From: Girardia tigrina
Lineage: Eukaryota
Assembly (NCBI GenBank): GCA_001938485.1
Contig: MQRK01237023.1
Location: 1-54,791 of the forward strand
Direction: 5' to 3'
DNA: 54,791 bases
In this document: in pieces, positions 39,501 through 50,600 of the stretch
How positions within the stretch are numbered: position 1 is the first letter of the stretch
Layout of the letters: the number at the start of each line of letters is the position of its first letter
Translations under genes and position numbers: made by a program
The notes under the pieces: generated by a model
The model's database searches: none
What the model saw: the letters and a program-made list of their open reading frames with translations, nothing else
What the model was told of the DNA's origin: nothing

Positions 39501-42500
39501 ACCATACCAAAGATATGCGTGTTATGCTGAAAATAGAACAATTAAAGCACATTTGAAATTCACATTATACCTTTTTTGAAAATTGTCGATATTTGCAAGG
39601 CAATTTTCGTCAAGGTCAATGTCCGTGACGAATTTCTCTAGTTCTATCATTGCCTGGTGGGCATCGACGAGCCCACTATAATCTGGGTGTTCTTTGCTCG
39701 TCTTTGACAATAACTTCTAATTAACATAGCGTTTATTAACATAATTTATACAATAACGATAAAACGATTTACTTCTAATAATAAATGATAATTTATTATT
39801 CGCTTTTTTGGTAATAACATCAAATTTACTAAATTGCATTTTAAGACTTCTTTAGATGAGTATTTCTAAATTCATATATATATGAAATAATGAAGATTAC
39901 ACCTTAGACAATAAATTTAAATAAATTAAGTAGATATTCGTACAAACAAGAAATACAAAATCAAAGACCTCAGTATTAGTCAGTAAACAATAGTATTCTT
40001 CCACAAGTTCTTGACCAGCAATTTGGATGGATTGCAGTGACGAACAATATTGTCCGTAGATTGGCAAATATGTATTTATCTCCAGAAATATTGAGTGCAG
40101 TTTACGACAAAATGTAGTTGAATGAGTTTCACATATTTGAACATGATGCAATTTTTCATAAATTCCTTCATGTGTTTTCAAAATTTGCTTAATAGAAATA
40201 TTTATATATTTTTCATTTCAAATTACCCAATTACTTCAATATATAGAAATACATGATCCAGTCTAAGTTTAGGAATGACGTTCTCCAATGGATTTCTATA
40301 ATTCTAAGAAGATATAATTCATTAAATCAAAACTATGTGCAATATGAAATTAATGTTTGTAGCATTATATCCAGAAATTAATGTTAAAATATCTCTCAAA
40401 CTAATATCACTTGTACAGAGTGCTAAATCTGACATAAAAATAATATATTAGTTCAATAATATTCGATGTACAGTGTACATATAGATATAAAGTGTTAAAG
40501 AGTGTTGAGAGAATGATCGAAACTGTCATAATAATAAAGATTGTAAAAATGTGAGATCTCTTAAAACCCAAAAACAAACCATATTAAAATAATAATTATC
40601 GATTATGATCAATTAGGATCAAAATATGTACTACAATAGTTTTTTTAATTTTCTTTGTCAAATATTTAATAAAATAATATCAAATTAATGTTTACGAGAC
40701 TAAAAATAAAATTTAATTTGTAATTTTTAAGGTAAAATACTTTTCTAACAGAAAATTTGAAGTGATGAGTGTACATTGTGCACAGTCTTTTGACTTACAA
40801 TCCAATGGCGATTATTAATTAAACAAAAGTAAATTCAGAATATATCTTAATGTGTTTTTTCACACAATTAATTTCAAATTTGTTTTTGGAGATTTGCGAT
40901 TTGACTCTGGCTTTGAATTGTGAATTTTGATTTGTTGTGGGAGGGAGACAAGAATACAACAGAGCTGTTGATAGAACAGACGAATTTCATACGCTGGTCA
41001 TAAAGTATAGATTTTCTGATATTTCTATTATAACACTTGCAATATAATGTATTTGTGATCTAAACGTAAATTGCAATAGCCTAACTATTAAAGACTTCAA
41101 CTCTATTGTCGTTCGTAAATTTCTGTAGATCAGTAATTGAGTAACAAAAGTCCTAACAAAATTCACATTTACAACCAATGCAATACGTACTTTACATGGA
41201 AGATTTGAAGCACATCGTAAAAATGTACATTGAATATTTTCAACCCCTGCACTCAACATGTTAAGACAGCTCAATGAATAGTACAAAAATGTCCATGTTA
41301 TAGTTGTGAGGAATATTTTAAATTTGGTATGTTGAAATTGGTTTGTTGAATTTTGTATGTTGAGTTTAGTATTTGGAAATGTGTTTCTCCCACCCAGATG
41401 GAAAATTGATATTTTAGANNNNNNNNNNNNNNNNNNNNNNNNNNNNNNNNNNNNNNNNNNNNNNNNNNNNNNNNNNNNNNNNNNNNNNNNNNNNNNNNNN
41501 NNNNNNNNNNNNNNNNNNNNNNNNNNNNNNNNNNNNNNNNNNNNNNNNNNNNNNNNNNNNNNNNNNNNNNNNNNNNNNNNNNNNNNNNNNNNNNNNNNNN
41601 NNNNNNNNNNNNNNNNNNNNNNNNNNNNNNNNNNAATAAAAATTAATACTAAAACTACAAAATTGAATTTTAAAAATAAAATCAGAAAATAATGAAAAAA
41701 TTTGTTCGAATAATTGTTTATTAACAAACATTAATAAAAAATTATCAATTTAGAACGATGTCGAATGACGAGAGTTTCGCTGAGAGTTGTCCAAAAGACA
41801 ATTCTGATTGTAATGAATATAAAAGTTTGAAAAGCCATGTTGGTGTTCTTAATAATTACGAATTAAAATTCTATACTTTTTTTAATAAAAAAATATAAAG
41901 TGAATTTATTAAAATTTTGCACAAAGATTTTGTTGCATCTTTTATTAAATTTCAATTTTATTGTGCATTTAAATTTATCTGTTTCTCAATTAAACTTCCC
42001 AATTCTATACAATAGCATTTTTCATTTCGTTTTCATAATAGTTTTAAAAATTACTTTTCGATTTAATAAAATAATATTTTGAAAATAGAATTTAAAATCG
42101 CATTTTCGTTTAATTTAACAACTATTAAATTACCCCTTTTTTACATAAAAATAAAATTATATTTCCATTAATAATTATGTTTTCCAAAATAAAATTAAAA
42201 TCGCATTTTCATTTAAGTCGATTTAATTGTTTTAAAATTATATTTTGATTCCAATTACAATTTCCGAAAAAAATTATAATTACATTTTTAATTTACTTCG
42301 ATTTAATCGTGTAAAATAAAGTTACAAGAAATATAGTTTAGTTTATTTTCATTTCGCAAATAAAATATTAAACTTTATATTACTTTTGATTTTATTTCAA
42401 TTAAATATTTTAATCAAAATTGAAAATAGCTTTTTTACTTTGTAGTAAATCTTTGCACAAATCTTTTAATAAACCTACCGTAAAATTTATTTTATTTTTT

Positions 42501-45500
42501 ACATAAATTAATTTTTACATTAAATTTCTGAAAATCTTATTTTAACATATCTATAACAATATTTTACGGAATGTAATTGTTTAATTATTAATTTGATAAG
42601 ATTATAAATTCAAAAATTTTATGAACTCAACAACGCTCCCAACATATACTAAAATGGATTTTTCGACAGTTTAAGTCCTCAATCATAGTCGATGTCTATC
42701 CAATTATTTTTTTGACAATTTATTTGATAAGTTTAAAAAACAACATTGGTGGCGAATTCTGTAGAATTTGGGATACTCGAAATTAATATACGAAGTTTAA
42801 CAAATAAGATGATTCAATTGAAAAATAAATATTTTTTAAAATTGTCTGTTTAAAAATACAATTAAAAAAACTTTAAATATACAAATAGATTTGTTTTCTA
42901 TCCGCGTAGCTGTTTGAATTGAACACTTGAATTACTTTATTTATATTAATCTTTTTACAACCATTTGGATTTTAATAATATAAAGAATTTACATAATTAA
43001 AATCAAAACTTGAAAGTCAATTGAAAACGTTTATTAATTTCGACGGTTTAACCGTCATCGTCAGAACAAATGATTTTTCAAACGAAATTTACTTATATAG
43101 TGCAGTTAATGATTATGTAATCAATACGTAATCAGTACATCATTTAAAAAATCTCAACAAAGTTGTAGAGAGTGCAGTTTGAACGTTAATTTTAGGATCC
43201 AAAGATCTAATATATAACACTTCACATGTCACACTCTCTCCCAATAATTTTTAAATTGAGTGCACAGAATTTTAAAGTGTTGTGAAGTTATATCTCCTTT
43301 ACAATGTCTTCTATGTCCTGCAATGTTACTTCCACCTTCATTGCGACTGTGTTCCTGGATTCTCTTACAGAGATGACGTGAAGTCTCTCATTTACTAATA
43401 TACATGTAATGGGTGTAACGCCACATACATTTCTATAAAATATGAATATTTTAATATATCGAATTATTAAAGAGTTTACTATATGTAAAAATTAGTTTTT
43501 AAAAATAATTTAATTTCTGTAAAAAAATGAACATTTTTAATATATCGAATTATAAAGAGTTTATTATATGTAAAAATTAGTTTTTAAAAATAATTTAATT
43601 TCTGTAAAAAATGAATATGTTTTTAATTGTTTGAAAGATTAAGGAAGTTTATTTTTAAGAAAATTAATTTATAATAACAGTTACAAAAGTATGATGAAAT
43701 AACAAAAAAATAGATAGGGATTTAATTTCCTTAAAAATATTTAAAGCTATAATTTATTATACTTAAAGTATAAAATTTAAATTACATAAAATTATATATC
43801 AATATTTATATTTGAAATAGGATATTTGGTTATGCTAAAAATGAAACATTGTTCCTCAAAAATTTGTTTAAAAAATCATTGTTTGGTAGAAATAAAGTTT
43901 TGTGTTAATGACAACGTCTTTTGATCAAGAACCCAATATACTCCAAAGGAGTCTTCATCATATTCTTCTGAAGAATTGTTTGTACTACTGTATCTAAAAT
44001 TCGTTATTAATCAGATGAACAAGAATAAATCAAAAATGAAGTTCTCACATCAAATATATCTAAGATATTTTATTGTAATTATTCTTACATTGATGAGTTC
44101 TCGAATCGATTTGACAAAGTTTAATTCCCCACTGACAATTTCGGCAATACAGTGATCCCTGTTCATTTCGATTTCAGGCAATTCCTGAAATCATATAATT
44201 TTCAGATAATAAATTCGCAATATATAATATATCTATTATTTATCTATTAATATTTATTAAAAATGTATATTTCTTTTTCAATCAATGAAATATTTCATGA
44301 TGTAGTGATTCTAAAGACACCAATTGTACTAGGTCTTATGTAGTTCGAGGTAGTAGAGAGTCCATAAATGTGTAACGTACTCCCAATACTGCACGCGTGA
44401 GAAGCTTGAGACCCATAGCACATGACTAAAGGTGGTTAAGGTGCATGTCGGGAGACAAATTGTGAAGGTTTTCGGATCTAGAGAAAAAAGTAATTGAGAA
44501 TATTTAGATGATCCGTGCTCTGACAGAGCTGTAACTGAATTAATGATTAGTGCAATGTTGGGACCAGAATGGAAACGCTGATACTAATAGATGATGAACA
44601 TTGTACTCTAGATTTCATTTTGAAATCAAACTCGTTATTAAATGACTACTGCTGCACAGTTGCTTTTCAATCTGATCGAGTAATGCTACTTTATCCGCTA
44701 GTATTATTTCATGGTATATGAGCGTTTAAATTTCCCCACTTCACAACACATAAATTTTAAATGATTTAAATAAAACATTATAGCAACACGATATGGTAAC
44801 TAATATCAACTTTTACTTGGGTGACAAAGAAATTTGAAAAAACACTATATTATTTTCGAGATTGTTTTCAACAATTTCATGAAAAGCAAAAGATTTTTAA
44901 AATTACATTAAAAATGGATTTCTGACACTATTTAATGATGGAATAATCCAAATAAGCTAAGAAAATTCAGTTCAAATACTAAATGTGTTTCTGTTCTCCA
45001 GGTTTTAGCTATAATAAGTACCTGCAAACGTTAACCCATCGACCAAATAAGCCAAATCTACCTAAGGGATAAAAATAAGACGACGAGTTTCGAGTAAACA
45101 ATCTCATCATTAGGTCAATTCACATAATGTACTTAACTAGTACGCTATACGGAATTATACAATAATTAAATAACATTTCACCAATAAATTATTGGATTAA
45201 AATAAATTTATTTCCTTTTTCCTAAACATTAAGTAAAATGCACTAAATGTGATCTATTTTATTCTCGGTAATAAACCATTGGTAGCTAGAAATTATCATT
45301 TGATAAAATGATGTGTGTTCTCTATCGTTTTGTACTTTGCGATGTAACGGGACGTACGAGAAAGATGACAACTGACAGGCAACCAAAAGCTAATCTTTGA
45401 GATGAAACTTTTCACACTCAATGAATTCAAATTTATTTTAGCTTTCTTATCTAACTTAAAACAACCCGAAATCTCATTGATGCAATTAGACTGAAATTGT

Positions 45501-47575
45501 ATGTTTCCGTATAGTATCCTCGTTTATTACATGGTGTGGATTGACCTGATGATGAGATTGTTTTCTCTAAATGTGTCATCTTTGTATTTATCCCATGTAC
45601 AAAGATTTTACTTTGCGATGTACATTGTTCGGGATTCAATTAATTTTCTTATTTATATTTCAAATTAATTATCTATATATATATATATATATNNNNNNNN
45701 NNNNNNNNNNNNNNNNNNNNNNNNNNNNNNNNNNNNNNNNNNATATATATATATATACGAAATTGAAATGGATCCTGCGCTCCCTCATTTATTGTAAAAA
45801 AATGCAAAACTTTACTTTTATTTTTACTTATTTTTGTAAATGTTTAATCTGAAAATCGTTTTTTTGATGGTTTGTATCGATTTAAAAATATTGAATGAGA
45901 AAAAATTTGTAACAAGTTGTTTAAATGAATAAAAGAATGATAAATGAAAGCTGAAAATTATGAAAGAAAATAAAGCGATTAAAATATTGATCTTCAATAT
46001 TGATTTACGACGGCGATGTATTTTAAAATGGGCCCAGCAAACCGAGGAAAGTTCCCTTCGCAACCCTGTCACCTCCGTCCGATACTCGGGGCAACCTGAG
46101 TGTCGGGCGGAACACTAATATTGTAACGAAGTATTAAGTATATATTCAATACATACAAATTATAAGAAGAATTCAGACATGGATGCACAGTTCTCTCTTC
46201 CATTATTACTTTGTATAGCCACCTTTTGCATTATTCACTCCTGCCAATCGGCGTGGCATTGACGCGATTAGATTGCCAGTGAGTTCGGGGCTGATCTCCT
46301 GTACCCAAAGACGTTGAATCATGCAAAGTAGGTCATTATATGATGTGGGGGCATGCTTAGCAACCTTTTCTTTCACTATTCTCTAACAATTTTCAATCGG
46401 CGATAAATCAGATGAGTTGCCAGGACATGGACCCTGAACGGCGATCTAGTTTGCTTCCAACCAGACTTTGTCTAGTCGCGATTGATAGAGTGGAGCCCTG
46501 TCATGTTGTAAATAATTGCACTGACGCATTTGAAGGAAGCGTTGAACCTAATTGCGAAGAATGCCGTTGTACACATGCGAAGTGATAGTAGTTCCCTTGG
46601 GACAGAACCAAAGACTGCAGCGACCTCTGGCAGCAATTGCAAGCCAAATCATAACTTTCGGCGCACTCCGCAAAGTGGGAACAGTGACCTGTGGCCTTAA
46701 GCGGTGACCAGGCGGCCAACGCACCGTGCGGATCCATGTGCCTTCTTGATAGATTGTGGTTTTATCACTGAACATCCCCGAATGCCGTTGATCCACTCTC
46801 CAATATTGGTCAGCTTTTGCAAACGCGAGAGTATCAAGAATATTCTTCAACGATAAACGTGGTTTCTTGGCAGGCTTGTACGATCGAAAGCCTCCTTCAA
46901 CCAGACGTCAACGAATGGTTCGTGCGCTAGGCAATTTATCAATGTTAGCTGGAAGATCAGCTTCTATTGCACGGGAACCAGCCAATGAATTGTCTTGCAG
47001 GATCTCAAAATGGCTCGATCTGTCACCTTGCTTGTGATACGCAGCCTTCCACTGCGTTTCGTGTAGGTAAAGGCGCCGGTGGCTTGATGAAGACGGAGAG
47101 TGTCGGCTATTATTGAATCACAGGGCAATTGCATGGTTCGAGACTCCAGTGTCGTGTAAAGCAACGATTTATGCCCTTAGAGTGGCTAAAATTTGGTTAC
47201 CAGTCATGTCGGAATAGTCACAAATACTTGACAAAAATACTTTTATATATTATAATAGCATAGTGGGTATGCTACTAAAGCTGTATTATTATTGGATGTT
47301 GGTTAAGAATATTATTTACATGCACTTACACACACGCATGTAGATATTAATTTTCTTTAAAATTCAAGGGTGGTCGGTGAATTATGACCACGACTGTATA
47401 TATATATATATATATATATANNNNNNNNNNNNNNNNNNNNNNNNNNNNNNNNNNNNNNNNNNNNNNNNNNTATATATTACAAGCCTAATTGTCTAAATAT
47501 AACAGAAGATAAATAAAAAAATCAATAAAAAAATAAATAATTTTTATTTATCTTTTGTTCAGACAATTAGACATG

Positions 47576-47620
<45 letters not shown>

Positions 47621-50600
47621 TCGGAATATTATAAGAATCCTACGAATCCTATAAAAATAATCAAAAATATAAATGTAATTTATTATATGGATTTTCAGTG
47701 ATGGTCGATATAAAATCACTCTGTCTAGTTTTTCCATTCTCAATGAACAGAGACATGGAAAATACAACATTTGACATGCTGGATAATAGTTATAGTAACG
47801 AAATCCTACCCGTTTCCTACAATTTCTACCTACTAAAATCCACTTTAAAATATATTATAATAATACTAGATGGCCGGATACTTTTGCGAGGATGGTATAA
47901 ATTATTCACCGTGTTTCTTAATTAAAATATAGTTATCCCAATGTATAGAATAGTTCATGGAGGTCATTTTTTTAAGATGGGTCATGAAAGTGGAAAGTCT
48001 CAGAGACAGATAGTCGCCATAACTGGATACACCTAAACTAGACATAATACACTCATTCCAAACGACATTCAATGTTTCTTTTCTGTCCATAAGGGACTGT
48101 TTACCCTTATTTCCAACGGAAAGAAACATAACTTAAAGAGGCTAGTGAAGAGAAATAGAAATACTTCTTTCGCCCAAATCACTTATCTTTACACCACACT
48201 TCCAGTCTCCTAACGGACTATAAGGAGACGTCTGCATGAAATCAGTTATTCATGAAGATCTAGCAAGGAAAAACTATATTAGTGACAAAAACAAAAAACA
48301 AAGATTATCGCGATGTAAAGATCGAAAGTCTGAGACTCAGTAACAATGGGCTAACATCGTTTTGTTTGACGATTTGCGCTTTATGCTTTTCAAATCAAAT
48401 GTTTGAGTATTGGTTTGGCTACAAAAAGAATAGTGGTATCACCCTGACTTCCAGGTATGTTCAGATCAAATTTATTGCAATAAACATCAGTATACAGAAT
48501 ATAGGTTTTAAGACTTTGTTCAGGTTGTCAATGTAAAACCCATAGATGGTCGGTAATGGCGTGGGGTTGCTTCATTCGAGAGGCAATTGTACTCTGTTTA
48601 TGTGTCCCGAACGAGTCAAAAGCCAGGTATATCAACATTTGTAGAATGGTCTTATTCCCTTTTGGCTGGAGGTGAGCACCATGACATTTCAACAAGACAG
48701 TACGACTTGACCATTGAGGTACCCATGGCATTACAGGAATTCCTGTAATATCAAACCAGCTTTTTATTGCCTCGAAAGTGTGACAAGTCGCACGCAGGTA
48801 AAATTTCCTCCCTATGTCTCTTAGCTGTTCTGAGTCATTATTTGTAGGAAGAGTGGACCTCGATCTCAATGGAATTTGTGCCTGCAAAAGTTTCTGAGAT
48901 TATAAAGTCTCAAGGATTTTCAACATAATATTGATTTGCTGTGCTGTTATTATTGAATTCATGAAAATAAATGATTATTTGATTGTTCTGCTTTCTGCTG
49001 CTTCATAGAAAATAGTTATTACTCTGAAATATAATCTGAAAAGGCGGTTTGATACTTTTGCGATGGCGGAGTATATATAAAAATAATTTATATATAAAAA
49101 TAATAATAGTTTTTCCAAAATAATGACTATTGAAGATGTTTTGAAGTTTCATACATCATCATCAGTACTTGTAATAATTTGTAAAATATTTGAATGAGAA
49201 TTTTAATAGAAGATTTATAAATATATGTTTGAATTTTTCAAGATATCATTGTATATTTTTATTTGTTTAAAAAATGTGATTTAATTTTGTAAAAGAAACT
49301 TTAAATAAATGACTCAAAATGTATAGTCTCATTTGAAGTCTCCAGTTTATATACGAGTGTACCCATCGATTAAACAATTGATTTGCATAAAAGATTATGA
49401 AATGATAATTCTGATTTTTGGAATCAAATAATGAACAAATGGGCACCGAAAGAATGTTTTAAATTTTTTTAACCATGAAAAAATTCAGAAAGAAAGAGTC
49501 AGGAAGTCTCTTGACGATAAAATCAATACATAACCTGAGTAAAAATCAGTGTTGTATACGAGATACGAAGATGACATTTTTCTTCTTTCAGAAATCAATC
49601 CCTGATGGAACCTTATTTAAAATTCATGAATGATCTTTTTCCTCATACTAAATTCTCTATAGAATCGAAAGTAAATAACAAATATTTTTTCTTGACATTC
49701 TTGTCACTGAATTATACAGAAAAATAACAGTTACATGGTGATGTAATTACGAACAATGACTTTTTAGATTAGAATTATGGTTAGTATAACGGTTTTATGA
49801 GACTAAAAAAAGCTAAGTCGCGTGTAATACAGTACAAGCTGCAATAATTTAAAATTTAGATAATGATTTCGATAGGTAATGATAATTTCGTTATTATGTT
49901 GTCGTCGTAGTAAATGTAATAAGACCAGACCTGTAGTTGTTACTCCTCTACCCATGGGAATCTACTTTTAAAATGTTGAAAATCAAATTTAATTGATAGT
50001 TTTAAAAGAGCGGAAATTTGGCTGATTGATAGAACTTTAAATAATGTCCTACTTAATTTTCCAAATATATTACATTTATTTTAAATTCTGAAATGGAATA
50101 AATGCTTTTGCACTCATTCATCAAATAAATGATAAAATTGTTTCATTTAGTACAATATTTAAGGTGTTATAAAGCATTCTGGAATTAGTTGTCCGCTAGA
50201 AAAATAGTTAAGTGTGATGAATCTTCCAGTAATGAAACATCATAGAATTAAAAAACATAAAGCTACTAGTCCAAATTAGATTTATACAAATATAACAAAA
50301 GAAAAACCTAAAATTGATTAAATGAAATTTATAAATAAGTCTGTGGTCCGGCTGGTAACTCGGTTCGGTCACGCTCCAGGCTACTTAATTGTTACGATTG
50401 TTTCTGATCGAAGGTTCTGCTCGCGATCCTGTTCAGACATTTGGGATACTTCGATTCATTTGTCACTTCCGGCAAGGTTTGATAAACGCGCTGAGTTGAA
50501 GAATTAAAATAAGGTGAAGCAAATAAGGATTGACAGAGATCCGAATCGACAACGTCTTTGAAGTCAGTCGTGAAGTGACATTCGTTTCAAGAAGAAATAA

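Noticed and set aside
29295-41731. ORFs in the track containing long X runs (29295, 29307, 40987, 41357, 41414)
   Set aside because: Artefacts of N-gaps.
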